DNA of 64,000 nt from Octopus vulgaris. Its lineage: Eukaryota. The notes under the pieces were generated by a model. It saw nothing but the letters and a program-made list of their open reading frames with translations, did not search any database and was not told the DNA's origin. The position numbers and the translations under genes are program-made. This document shows positions 11,880 through 24,783 of this stretch, piece after piece (positions within the stretch are counted from its first letter, which is position 1; the number at the start of each line of letters is the position of its first letter). The stretch is from NCBI GenBank assembly GCA_951406725.2, contig OX597815.1, positions 168,082,001 through 168,146,000 on the forward strand, in the 5' to 3' direction.

Positions 11880-13500
11880 GAACATGATTTCTTTGCTTGT
11901 TTCCAGTATGTCTAATTCTGGGATTTGTTGTATTTAGAACTCGTTTAGATATTACTTTGCTTGTTTTGTTACTGAATATTATGTTTTCTTGTTTTCATGC
12001 TTTAAGACAAGTTTTAACATCCAGTCATCAGAGTTTTTTTAGGTAAGTGTTTAGGCCAATTGTGGCAATATCCATTGATAATTCCAGTTGTAAAAGTCCA
12101 CAATCACCCTCTTTTCTTGGCAAGTAAAGTCGTTCTATATCTGCCTTGGGTGGTGCATTCTATGCATTGTCAACAATTTTTGTATTTTTCTGTCAAGATT
12201 ACATATTTCAGTAATTGGTCAGTTAATAATATTAAAACTGTAAGTCACAGCTGGTATGGCTAAAATAGTGATCACTTCAATCTTATTTCTTGCATTCAGC
12301 TCTGTCTTGAGTATTGCCCTTGCCCTGCAATAATATTCTTTTCTGATCCTTTCCTTCATCATTGAATGTTTGATTCCATCACATTCAAATACCCCTAGGT
12401 ATTTGTAGTTCTCTACTGGTTCTAACTCCTTTATGACATTCTGTTTGTCAACATTAACGTTGGATGTTTCTATCATTTTACCTTTCATAAAAGTAGCTTT
12501 TTCACATTTATCGGGACTAAATTGCATCCTGATGTCATCACTGAACTAATTGACAATTGTTAGTAAGCCCTGTAGTTGTTGGTCATTTTTTGCAAAGAAC
12601 TTTAAATCACCCATGTAAAAGAGATGATTTATATTTTTATCAAACATTTTATAGCCATATTGTACATCATTAAGCAATTTCGAGAGAAGTATTAAGGCTA
12701 GACAAAAGAAGAGTGTTGATAGAGAGTCACCCTGGAAAATGCCACATAAAATTCTTATATCTCCAGCATTGAGGGATTCATTGTCACTGTTCAAAGTCAG
12801 TGTAGTTCTCCATGATCTCATACATAAAGATAAGAAGTTTCGTAGAGTAAGTGCTATTTTATAAATTTCCAGACATTTCTTTATCCAGCTATGTGATAGA
12901 CTATCAAAAGCTTTTTTATAGTCTATACTGGCTATCAACAAGTTCTTGTGTTGTTTGTGACAATCTTCCAAGATAGTTTCATTGATGAGTAGGACCCACA
13001 TTTACGTCCTTTTTGTGCGTTATGGAAGATGCCACTTTCTATCAAAAAACTATAGGTGTATTCAGTCAAAACAGATGTTAGCGTTTTATACATAGTTGTT
13101 AAGCAGGTTATGGGTCTATAATTTTTTTGGTTCATTTGTTTCATCATTTTTTGGAAGTAGATATGTAACACCATTAACTAGCCAAGAGGGAATCATACTA
13201 GATTGTTACAAAACATTGTTGTAAAGTTTTGTAAGCAGTTCAGGATTCTCTGAGAAGGCATTCAACCAGAAGTTAGGAATTTTATCCTTTCCTGGTGACT
13301 TCCATTTGCTTGACCTCATGGGAGCAGATCTTACATCCTCTACCTTGATACTCTCCCATTTTTGCTTATCTAAGGGGCCTAAGTCAATCCAAGGGGCCGT
13401 TTTATTGAGTGGTTTTTCTTCTACCCAAATTTTATTCCTAAATTCTTGCAATTCTTCTTGCTGTAAAAATTCCTAAATTCTTGCACTTCTATCTTGCTGT
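11880..13500 (-). pseudogene. Decayed non-LTR retrotransposon reverse transcriptase (R4/Dong-like)
   Basis: Frameshifted motifs [57 protein letters not shown]. Confidence 0.9.
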
Positions 13501-14711
13501 AAAAATTTTATAGGTTATTTTTGAACATGTTGTTGTACTTGAAGAACCTAACATGCTTTTCATACCATGCTATTATTATTATTACTATTATTATTATTAT
13601 TACTACTACTACTACTACTACTACTACTATCATTATTTTTTCTATAGTTAAAGAAAAAAATTGAAATGAACTGATAGCTTTTATTGCTAGGAAGGTGACA
13701 AATGTGAACAGAAAAAAAAAGAAAAATATCTGTGGCAATATCACAGTTAAAAACAGCAAAATATCAATAACAATATGAAAGAAATATTTTTATATAATTT
13801 TCCTCCTGTAGCAAATCTTGTTACATATGCTTGAATGGTAGGAGTTGGTGCCAATTTGATGCCATATGCCAATATACACAATACAGAATTAATATACAAT
13901 ATAATAGAGTGAAAAATGTACTAAATAATGATTTTGCTGTTTCATTTTGTCTAAGGGCAATAATATGAAACAGCAGTATAATTCAATTAAATTATAAAGA
14001 ATTTATTGAAGAAATAAAATTTAAAATTGGATAATTTTTTTTTGCCTTTGTGTGTGTGTGTTTGTGTATGATGAGTCTGTAACCAATAAGCTGGTATTAA
14101 TTCCCATGTGAAACCCTTTTCACTCATCAAAAACATAACGGGAAAAAAAACATAATTTTATTAATATAACAGAATATCTAACAGCTTCATAAAGAAGTGC
14201 TGATCTCTCAAAGTGGTTCAAACTCATGGAAAAGGGAGACCCAAGAAGACATGAAACAAGGTCTGATGACCACAGGATTCTGAAACTTTCAGACGAGATG
14301 ACAAAGGAACAAGATACCCAGGGCCTTGCTGTACTCTAGAAGACCTGTCCTCCAGAGCAGAAGTGTTAAGGCCACTCACCCTGGAGAAAAGGATTGGACT
14401 GCAAGAGTCCTGTACCATTACCACATAAAAAGCACTCATATCAGTGCCACAGAAAACTGCTGTACTTGTACCATGTTAAAAACACCCAGCACACACTGTA
14501 AAGTGGTTGGCATTAAGAATGGGATCCAGCCATAGAAACCAAGCCAAATCAGACAGGAACTTGGTGCAGCTCTCCAGCTTACCAACTCTGGTCAAACCGT
14601 CCAACCCATGCCAGCATGGAAGAGGACGTTAATGGATGTTAATGATGATAATGCAATAGATGCAACGCTCAATTTCCCCTTCCTTCCATGCCCATGTTGT
14701 AAATCATTATA

Positions 14712-14920
14712 CTCTCTTTTACTTGTTTCAGTCATTTGACTGTGGCCATGCTGGAGCACCGCCTTTAGTCAAGCAAATCGACCTCAGGACTTATTCTTTG
14801 TAAGCCTAGTACTTATTGTATCAGTCTCTTTTGCTGAACCGCTAAGTTACTGGGACATAAACACACCACCATCAGTTGTCAAGTGATGTTGGGGGGACAA
14901 ATACACACACACAAACATAC

Positions 14921-14967
<47 letters not shown>

Positions 14968-15100
14968 ACAATATATATAATGGGCTTCTTTCAGTTTCCA
15001 TCTACCAAATCCGCTCACAAGGCTTTGGTCGGCCTGAGGCTATAGTAGAAGACACTTGCCCAAGGTGCCGCACAGTGGGACTGCTACTTACCACACAGCT
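14712..15100 (-). mobile_element. SINE family A
   Basis: Homologous to 9563-9960, with a deletion in the head. Confidence 0.8.
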
Positions 15101-15267
15101 ACTTCATTCAATAAAAGTTTACAAATTATCTATAGCAACTAGCCAGTTAACAAACAACCCCTTTAATAAATGGATCCTTTTCATATTAAATTCAAATCAA
15201 ATAAGCTAAACAAATATCTAAATCCAACAACCAGTAATCCATTTCTAATAATCCAATCAAAACATTA

Positions 15268-15321
<54 letters not shown>

Positions 15322-15322
<1 letters not shown>

Positions 15323-15880
15323 GTGCCCTGATGCAGTACCAGGCAGTGGCTCTCATGGCTTCTGATCTTAACTGATTGGAAGTGTTATCATGTACATTGT
15401 TTTGTCTTGGTATAAAAAATGGACTACAGCAAATATTCTGCTCAATGCCACAGATTTGCTTGTCAGTTGTTTGACTCTAACCAGTTGAGCATGTCCCTTA
15501 GTGGCTGGCAGTATGTGCATCTCTGATCATGAGCAGAAGTAGTGGGGGAGCATCATAACCATGTGTTGAGAGGGATTCTTTGGGGTTTGAATATTTCACT
15601 TCTGGAAACATGGGTGTTTCGTTCAACATCCTTAAACAACCCTTATTCAGAGACCTTTTGGGCAGGATGGGTTACTCGACCAGAAGAACATTCTAACTGG
15701 GCCCCACCTGCAAGGTCAAGTGCTGTTTATCTTGGTATGAGATCATCATGTCGCGCACATATGGTTGTGACGTATGTGCCTAGTGTACCCTTATCAGACG
15801 GGTAGTCATGGTGGGTTTACTGGACTTCGTATATTTTACCCCAGTGTCACTGTGATGGCATGCACTGCTCTCTCACTCAA
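15322..15880. mobile_element. ~560-bp interspersed element bounded by (TAA)n
   Basis: Inverted copies at 49891-50118 and 50293-50801, also abutting (TAA)n/(ATT)n. Confidence 0.8.
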
Positions 15881-16364
15881 TGATAATGATAATAATAATA
15901 ATAATAATAAATATCAGGAACTGAGATGGAGAAATGAAGAAGCAGGCTATGCATTACGTGTGGTTTGAGCAGAAGCTTCAGCCATTTTAACGATATGTCT
16001 GAGTCATTTACTTCTAAGAACGTTCCATTACAGTAAGTTAAACATGCTATGATTTATTTTAGTTTCCATGGTGTTATGCAGCTAAGAATAAATGCCCTCA
16101 ATAAGAACATTGAACTATTACAGTTTTTGCCTAAGGAGAGGTTTCGATTCAACACTCCTAATAATGCCTTTATTACCTTCATCAGTGAAATGTCCTTTCA
16201 CGTGATACCTCTCAAAAACTAAGGGGAAAACATTCATTGTCATGTGTTGTATCTTTGGAAGAGACAGCAAGCAGCACTGATGCTGAGATAGAGCCATTAA
16301 CTATCCAGCTGGCAGTTTTGGGTTCTCAATGACAAAAAGCTAATCGTGCCACAGCATAACTATG

Positions 16365-16779
16365 GGATCCTTTCGGTTTGAACGGCAGTTTTTCTAGCGG
16401 TGTCATATGAAATTGTCACCCATAATAATGACCCTATTGCATTTCAATCTGTTTTAGGATTAGGGTTGGTTAGGGTTAGAGTGGTGGAAAGGGTATCTTT
16501 TTTCCTTCACAAATTTAAATAAACCCAATCTGTTTCTTAAACGAGGGACATATTCATACGACACAGAATGTTTTTTACCTCAATAGACGTCGTTGATTGG
16601 TTGAAATTACAGAAATTGAAGAAAAAGAACAACAAATATCTTACAAACTATAGAATTTTCTCAATAAAGCCAAGAGAAAAAGATGTTTTATAAACACATT
16701 CTACCAGTATACGAAGTTTAATAGTGTTTAGTTGCGTGGAAATTATTTTTAAAAACTGCCGTTCAGACTGAAAAGATTC
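16365..16779. mobile_element. GGATC-terminated MITE with TTAGGG-like interior
   Basis: TIRs ggatcctttcggtttgaacggcagttttt / aaaaactgccgttcagactgaaaagattc; internal ttagggttggttagggttag. Confidence 0.7.
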
Positions 16780-19314
16780 AATACCTAAGCCTAAAAGTGC
16801 CAACAAGGAACTTGCAACACTACAGTTTGACCTACTAGAAATAATAGTCAAATTTTCCTGAAATCACACACTTCCATTTTTAAAAAGTAAGGACTCATTG
16901 GATAATACAGTCATAAATATACAAAAAGGGAGTGGGGATGGTCCTAGCTGGAATGCCCTAAGTCATAGGTTTGCCTGATCAGGGCTGATTTTAGGATAAT
17001 CTAGACCTAAGAAGTACAGTATTTGACGACCTTACATCAAATTATTAATACCTAAAGACAGTAAAGATGGAATTTGAGTGATAAGCACTATCATTGATGC
17101 TTACTTATTTTACTGTACTGTGTAAGGTACCAGTAGACTTGTGAGGTGGCCACAGGAATTTAAAGTTCTTGCATATAAATTAGAGTAGATTATAAGAGGT
17201 TCCAGAGCACCAACCACTACTGTCTGGAAAGTAGATATTGTACCTGTATTTGGAATTGTGAAATTTCAGATCATTATTGATGATTCATTATTGCCAAGAA
17301 TCTCACCCCCACTACTCTAGTCAAATCAGCTATAATTGAGTTACTCATGTAGTGTACACCCACTCAGAACTAAGCACTATCTAGCCAAACTGCAAAATGT
17401 GTAGATATGTAAAGTGAGTTAGAGTTCAAATTAAAATAATTTAATAATAATAATTATTATTATAAACTAATCTCTGATAAAAGCAAGATGAAAAATATGT
17501 GATAATGTAACGTTCATGTTTTCCTTAGTTTTTAATGACACAACAATGATAAAATGGTTTCAAATTATGATCCCTTTTGTACAGTTATTTACACAGTAAA
17601 GTTATACATAGTGCAGCTATTGCATCATGCAATCTCATTCTAGTTCGTTGACCTTGCAGACGCAACTAAATATATATATATATATAAACATGTACACAAT
17701 TTATTGCATAAAGGAAGAGGAATGGGATCTTAACGTTTATATATACTTTTCCCACCCGCTTCCAAAATTGATAGGAAGTTGTTATGACAACGGTTGGAAT
17801 TTGAGTTGCTGGTTATGAGTACAAAACAAAAATGCTTCCCCAATTAATAACCGCTTGCTCAGCTCTGATGTTGACAAGCCGACGTAATCAGTCGATCTGC
17901 TAGAAATAACAGCCAAATCTCTCTCTCTCTCTCTCTCCCTCTTTCAAATTACACCCCACTGATTTGAAATTGGAAAGAACTCACCACTTGTCATCGGCTA
18001 ATTGTTTCTTATCTTAACATTAAAAAAAAGGAACAAAGAAACTGAAATTAAAATATTTGCATTATTGAATAATATTCTTGTTCATAACATCTTGTTTTCG
18101 TGGAAACACGATCCAGTTACGACCTTTGAATATATAAAATGAGTGTGTGCATTTTATATATTCAAAATGCACACGCATTTTATATGTGTGTGTGTGTGTG
18201 GGCATATATCAAAATCGTTTTTTTTTTTAATCCTAAACTGCAAAATATTAAATATTTTCGAATAAAATTAAAGAATTCATTAACAGAAGAAATACGATTA
18301 ACGAAAATACGTTCACACGTGCCACATTGCTTTTTGCATATGTATTCATGCACTGAGTGCTGCAAAAAAAGTAACTTTGACAACCGACAAGCAGTGCCTT
18401 TACTCGTAATCTTGTCTGCCTGTATACATAAAGGAGAAACATTCATGAACATATTTTCGCTAATCTAATTTCTGCTATGATTGAGCATCTTACAAACTTA
18501 GAGATTTAATGAGAGGTCCTGAATACAGGAAAATAATGAGTCACAAAGTATACAATAATATTTCAATTTTGCCTTAGTACTATTGTTTAGTCTTTTTACG
18601 GTGTTAAAGTAGGAAACAACCCAGAAGTTTTTTTGATTAAGCGTGACTTGAAGGTAAACAGTAAATAGTAATTTTTCTTTTTGTGGCGTTAAAGTAGGAA
18701 ACAACCTATAGGTTTTTCGCGTGCACTTGACCTGAAGATAAATAATGGTTATCAAACGCGGAACGTGGAATGTAATTATCACAGTAACACAGATCTTAGA
18801 CAAGATCCCGGAGAGTCGAATCGGTGACGCGGCTTCCAGTCCTGGCCTGTCATTCGAGTTTTATTCACCTCACTTGGCACACTTGTTCTTGGGACAGGTA
18901 TGAACCCTATCACCTGAACAATAAAACTGCCTCGATGTTTATCAAATGGACAAGGTTGAGCAATATATCACATTTGAATACATCCTTGATGCTTGGTTAT
19001 CATTTCACATGAGATAGGTAACATATGCTCAAAACTAAAATTTGTTTTGCTTGCGAGCATTTGCTCTGCCCAACAGCAGAGAATTATGCCCGAACTTGGA
19101 AAAAAACCATCATTATAGAATTAAATTTCAATTTAAATATATTATCTAACAGGATCCATTTAAACATGTGGAATGAGCAAACTAAATATTTTACAGAAAC
19201 TATCCTAACAGAAGCTATACATGTGACATCCGTTAAATGCTCTTATCATAAAAACTGATAAGAGAGTATGAGAATTTAGCACTTGTGCGTGTAATGTATG
19301 TATATATTTCTTAC

Positions 19315-19397
19315 CTGTAATTTTGCTGACACAAACGGTTCGTTGCACAAGCACAGAATTTAGACAATTTAGGACGGATAACGCGAAAAAGGGACAT
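19315..19397 (-). CDS. OTC: Ornithine transcarbamylase, first conserved coding exon (mitochondrial presequence)
   Basis: ATG at 19397 reads MSLFRVIRPKLSKFCACATNRLCQQNY, which is basic and lacks acidic residues, like a presequence. It ends AG|GTAAGA in phase 2, matching the next exon (AG+C=Ser). Not in the ORF track; read manually. Confidence 0.8.
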
Positions 19398-19518
19398 TCT
19401 GAGAATTGCAGCGAATGGTGTGTAACGCGGTGATCTCCCTTGAAAGACCTGTAATTACAACAAAATGGAGATTTCATTTTCTGAAAACTGTCGGACAAAA
19501 GACTCTCAGCAAACTTAC

Positions 19519-19667
19519 AAGAGCCGTAAAAGCGTCCAATAAAGCTCCTGCAGTATTCTCTTCAGCTTTCTGCTCACTGGATTCAAATCTCACCGAAGTT
19601 GACAGTGTCTTACACATATTTGTGTTCGATAATGGGAGTGAGTTTTCCATGTCCTTCAAAGTTTCAG
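19519..19667 (-). other. Putative upstream OTC exon (5'UTR or N-terminal extension)
   Basis: Acceptor attaaAG at 19669-19668, donor CTT|GTAAGT at 19518, then a 70-nt intron to acceptor ttacAG|GTC at 19449. Open and in frame with the 19397 ATG. Confidence 0.5.
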
Positions 19668-19913
19668 CTTTAATATAATATAATATAATGAAATTATTGT
19701 ATACAGTGCTCAGGTGCACTACAACTTGTCAGAAAGTGCATATAAAGTACATGCAGTAATGTAGAAATGTCTGGAAAGCGAACAATGTATGAGTCAGATA
19801 CTAGGTTTTTTTTGTAGCATACTGCTTGACGTTGATACGGGCATGAGACTTGCTTTAATGGTACTAGTGTCTATGGGATACTCAGCTACTTACACGTTAT
19901 TTTCGCGAATAGG

Positions 19914-20065
19914 GGATCTTTTCACTTTGACCGGCAGAGTTTTAAAATAATTTCTTTGTAACTAAACACTTTTAAACTTCGTATACTGGTAGAATGTGTA
20001 AGTTTAAAAGTGTTTAGTTACAAAGAAATTATTTTTAAAATCTGCCGGTCAAAGCGAAAAGATCC
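19914..20065. mobile_element. Fold-back MITE with 8-bp target-site duplication
   Basis: CGAATAGG|GGATCTTTTC...GAAAAGATCC|CGAATAGG, with ~65-bp inverted arms and a ~20-bp spacer. Confidence 0.85.
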
Positions 20066-21060
20066 CGAATAGGAGTTTGTATTGTCGAATAACTGAATGT
20101 TTGTTGACGAGACTGGTGGAGAATCCACTAAACAGGTTTAATCTTTAGTTAAACACTTGTAAGTAGACCGGATGCATGTAGCTGCAGAGGGAACTTCATA
20201 GCAACATGGCTACACCTGTGCTTTTGAATACTACTTCATATATTGTCTAGGTTTTACTCCTGTTTGTTTATACATACAATACATGCAAACATACACACAT
20301 ACATACGTACGTACATACATACATACATACATACATACATACATACATACATACATACATACATACATACATACATCACAGGAACTGTAAAAATCTGTAA
20401 AACTTTCCAGAAGTTTATCATTTAAATATATATGAGGATGTCCAGATATGCAATTACATGCATGAGAATACATACACAAAACAAAACATACAAACATACA
20501 AACATACATACATACATACATACATACATACATACATACAAAAATACCCTGCTTTTGATGTTGAAATTCCAATGAATGAGGCTTGGATCTAGGTTAGAAA
20601 CCGGCTCTTTCTCTATTGGCAAGAAATCTGGAAATAAAACTGAACAATGACATACATACATACATACATACATACATACATACATACATACATACATAAA
20701 TACATACATACATACATACATACATACATACATACATACATACATACATACATACATACATACATACATACATGCTTGCGTGTATACATACACACATACA
20801 TATATTTAAACATGATACATACAAACACAAATGTGTGAGCGTGTGTGTGTGTAATAGTGCAAAAGGATAGACAGGCAAACAAGAGGTATCAGATCAGGTT
20901 ATGACATATTCATACAACATACAGAGAAACAACATATCGCAGGTCAATAACGGTCTCACTATGGAAAGTTCTTAATAGTTACCAAGTAAACAGGTAGACT
21001 CCGCGAACAGGTATACACACACACACACACACACACACATACACACATGGACGCACACGT

Positions 21061-21095
<35 letters not shown>

Positions 21096-21204
21096 ATTTA
21101 AGAGAGTTTGATTCGGCCCTATGCAACTTAAAATTTTGTAGGCTCCTTAAAGAAACTTAGCTGCTTTAAATAATAATATAACTTTAAATGATAAAACTTT
21201 AATA

Positions 21205-21720
21205 GGAGCTTTTCCTTTTGACCAACAGATTTTAAAAATCATTTTTTGCAACTAAACACTTTCAAACTTCGTATACTAGTAGAATGTGTCACATAAAACA
21301 TCTTTTACTCTAGGCGTTGTTGAGAAAATTCTGTATTTTGGAAGTTATTTTTTTGTTAAAGTTGTCGTATTTTGCTAATTTCAACCAATCAATGACGTGT
21401 ATTCAGCTGATTAAAATTACTGCTGTTGTTTGTCAAGAACGACTTCCGGCTGCACTATTTTTTTTAATTTTCTTTCCAGATAATATTGTAAACATTAACC
21501 AAATTTTGAATAACAAAAATTAAATATCACAAGGGAACATCAGGATTTTAAAAATGATTCGGTGGGGCATGGCCAAAAATCGATAGGGAACCACTGCCTT
21601 AAAGCCTAACTCCTAACCCTAAAACTGGCCCTAAAACTTAACCCTAACTAGTATGCACTGTAAAAACATATCGTTACGTGGATGCATTGGGACCTCCGTA
21701 TTTAAGTAGTGCCGAAAATG
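21205..21720. mobile_element. Degenerate copy of the TTAGGG-containing MITE family
   Basis: Left arm homologous to the 24070 and 19914 elements; cctaaccctaa repeats near 21610-21648. Confidence 0.6.
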
Positions 21721-22839
21721 TTTGTGCTATCGAAATTTACGATTTTGCAAATAACTTTTAGAACATACTGTTAGAGAATTATCCCAATGAGGTGTTATTT
21801 GAGGGAGGTTTTGGTTGCTATTTCTTAAAGATCCAGCAACCAAGTGGATGTTGCTTTGTGCGACAACTTCTATGTTAGTCGTTGTTGTTTAGCTTTGCTT
21901 TAAAGAATCTGTATCCAAATTGTAACCTTCTCATTATTATTATTATCATGACTGTTCAAATTCCGCCGAGGTCAGTTTTGCCTTTCTTCCTTTCAGGGGT
22001 GAATGAAATAAAAACCAGTTGAACACTGAGGTTGATTTGATCAATTGATGTCTTCCCCCAAATTTTAGGCATTGTATCTTTAGTAGAAAGGATTGTTAAT
22101 ATTATGTTGTGTCTGAGAAGATTCATTATTGTCTTAAGGCCTTATTATCTAACACATTCACCAGTTCAATTTCCATTCATTTATCATTTATATTCTTAAC
22201 GATGGACGTTCACTCAGTCCGTTGTCGCCGAGGTCGACTTTGCCTTTCATCCTGCCAGGATCAATAAAAGTAAGTACAAATCAAGTACTAGAGTCGCTGT
22301 AATCGATTATCCCCACCATCTCAAAAACTACTGGCCCTGTAGCAAAATTCTGTTTCTGCTACATATGGCTGACGGGCTAGGGCATCTCAAAAAGAGAATA
22401 ATCTTCAACACAACACACGAGCCAGCTTTCAGTCTATGAATATTCAGGTGCCAAATGATAATTGTCATCAAATGGACAGGATATAAAAATAGTTGTGAGA
22501 TTCAAACTGTAACAACAATTGAAACAAACGGGATACTGAAAAACCAAGCCAAATATGTGCTTGCTGCAGGAGAATATATGAAAGAATGCTTCAATTCATG
22601 TTCTGATATTTGGAGACGGTTATCTTTTGGAATAAACGGGATGGGGTGGAAAATCGGTTATTGCTTAATGGGAAATATAAAATTAAAAAAATTTTCTAGG
22701 TTGTCAATTTGAGGACAGTGCAGTGGATTCAGAAAGAGTCGGAAGAGTTTCAAGGTGATTACAAAGATACAGTAGCTCAGAAATCTCACTTTGATCATTC
22801 TGATAAGATAAGAACTGAATTTGTTGGTGAGATCCAGCG

Positions 22840-23120
22840 ACCGTAATGTAGTGTTATGGAAGTGCTGCCCCTGTGGCGAAATCTGCGACTGTTATGGAAG
22901 GCTGCTCCTCTGGTGAAATCTGCAACCGGTAATGTAGTGTTATGGAATGACTGCCCCTCTGGCGAAATCTACGACCATTAATGTAGTGTTATGGATTGGG
23001 GCCACCCATCTGGTGAAATCTGCGACTGGTAATGAAGTGTTATGGATTAGAACTGCCCTTCTGGCAAAATCTGTGACTGGTAATGAAGTGTTATGGATTG
23101 AGACTGCTCCTCTGGCGAAA
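22840..23120. repeat. ~51-bp minisatellite
   Basis: Repeats of gtaatgtagtgttatgga...cctctggcgaaatctgcgact, related to the 50-bp array downstream. Confidence 0.85.
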
Positions 23121-23411
23121 TTTTCAAAAGATTTTGATGAAAGTCTTGAAAAAGTTTTCAAAGGATTTTCATGAAAATTTTGAAAAACTTTTCATAGGAT
23201 TTATAGACTATATAGGCATCCCTGGACCTATATAGCCTACACAGACACCACTACACCTCTATAGCCTATATGGGCCCCCCTTGGGCCTATATAGCAACTC
23301 CTGTGTCTATATAGGATTTTGGTGAATATTTTGAAACGCTTTTCAAAAGATTTTGATAAAAATTTTGAAAAGCTATATAGCCTATATAGGCACACTAGGG
23401 CCTATATAGCA

Positions 23412-24064
23412 ACACCTGCCCTCTAGCGAATCTCCGGCATGTCATGTAATGTTATGGGTTGGGTCTGCCCCTCTGGCGAATCCCCGACATGTCATGTAGT
23501 GTTATTGATTGACCCTGCTCCTTTGGCGAATCCATGACATGTCATGTAATGTTATGTGTTGGGTTCACCCCTCTGGCGAATCCGTGACATGTCATGTAAT
23601 GTTATGGATTGGCCGTGCCCCTCTGGCGAATCTCTGACATGTCAGGTAATGTTATGGTTTGACCCTGCCCCTCTGGCGAATCCCAAACATGTCATATAAT
23701 GTTATGGGTTGGGTCTGCCCCTCTGGCGAATTTCCGACATGTCATGTAATATTATGGGTTGGGCCTGCTCCTCTGGCAAATCCCCAGCATATCATGTAAT
23801 GTTATGGTTTAGTCCTGCCCCTCTGGCAAATCTCCGACATGTCATGTAATGCTATGGATTGACCCTGCCCCTCTGGCGAATCCATGACATGTCATGTAAT
23901 GTTATGGCTTGGTTTGCCCTTCTGGCTAATCCGTGACATGTCATGTAATGTTATGGTTTGGCCCTGCCCCTCTGGCAATCTGCAACATGTCATATAATGT
24001 TATGGGTTGGGTCTGCCCCTCTGGCAAATCCGTTACATGTCATGTAATGTTATGGCTTGGTCTG
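23412..24064. repeat. 50-bp minisatellite, ~13 copies
   Basis: ctctggcgaa recurs ending at 23430, 23480, 23530 ... ~24028. Units carry GACATGTC / ATGACATGTCAT palindromes. Confidence 0.95.
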
Positions 24065-24070
24065 GTGACA

Positions 24071-24748
24071 ACCTTTTGACGTAGAGATTTAAAAAATAAT
24101 TTTTTGTAACTAAACACTTTCACATTTCGGACACTGATAGAAAGTGTCATATAAAACATGTTTTACTCTTAGCATTTCTGAGAAAATCTTATATTTATGA
24201 AGTAATTTCACGTCAAAGTAGGCCTATTTCGGTAATTTCAACCAATCAATGACGTGTGATTACTGCCGTTGTTTGTCAACAACAATTATCGGCGGTATAT
24301 TTTTCGTTTGTCACTGTTATTTATGACATCGTTCGTGCGTTTGTACTGGTTTTAGCTTTAAGGTTTTAGGATTAGGGTGTTAGGGCTAGGATTTTAGGGT
24401 TAGGGTTAGGGTTTTAGGGTTAGGGTTTAGGTTTTAGAGTTAGGATTAGGGTTTTAGGGTTAGGGTTGTCATAAATAACAATGACAAAGGAAAAATTCAC
24501 CGCCGGAAGTTCTTGTTGACAAACAACGGCAGTAATGTTATTCAGCTGAATACACGTCATTGATTGGTTGAAATTATCGAAATAGGCCTACTTTAACGTG
24601 AAATTATTTCGTAAATATAAGTTTTTCTCACATATGCTATAAGTAAAACATGTTTTATATACACATTCTACCAGTGTCCGAAATTTGAAAGTGTTTAGTT
24701 ACAAAAAATTATTTTTAAAATCTATACGTCAAAAGGTAAAGATCCCTT
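24071..24748. mobile_element. Fold-back MITE with central telomere-like repeats
   Basis: ~250-bp inverted arms (24071-24330 vs 24466-24745) around (TTAGGG/TTTTAGGG)n at 24360-24466. Confidence 0.9.
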
Positions 24749-24783
24749 TAATATAACTTAAATAATAATATGAATAATAATAT

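Noticed and set aside
19205-19498. ORF-track 97-aa frame as the first OTC exon
   Set aside because: It ends in phase 1 at the donor, incompatible with the next exon. The 19397 ATG frame fits instead.
23412-24064. CRISPR-like regular repeat spacing
   Set aside because: Whole units are homologous with no unique spacers, there are no cas genes, and the context is eukaryotic.
24360-24466. True telomere or chromosome-fusion scar
   Set aside because: Short, degenerate, single-orientation and enclosed by MITE arms.
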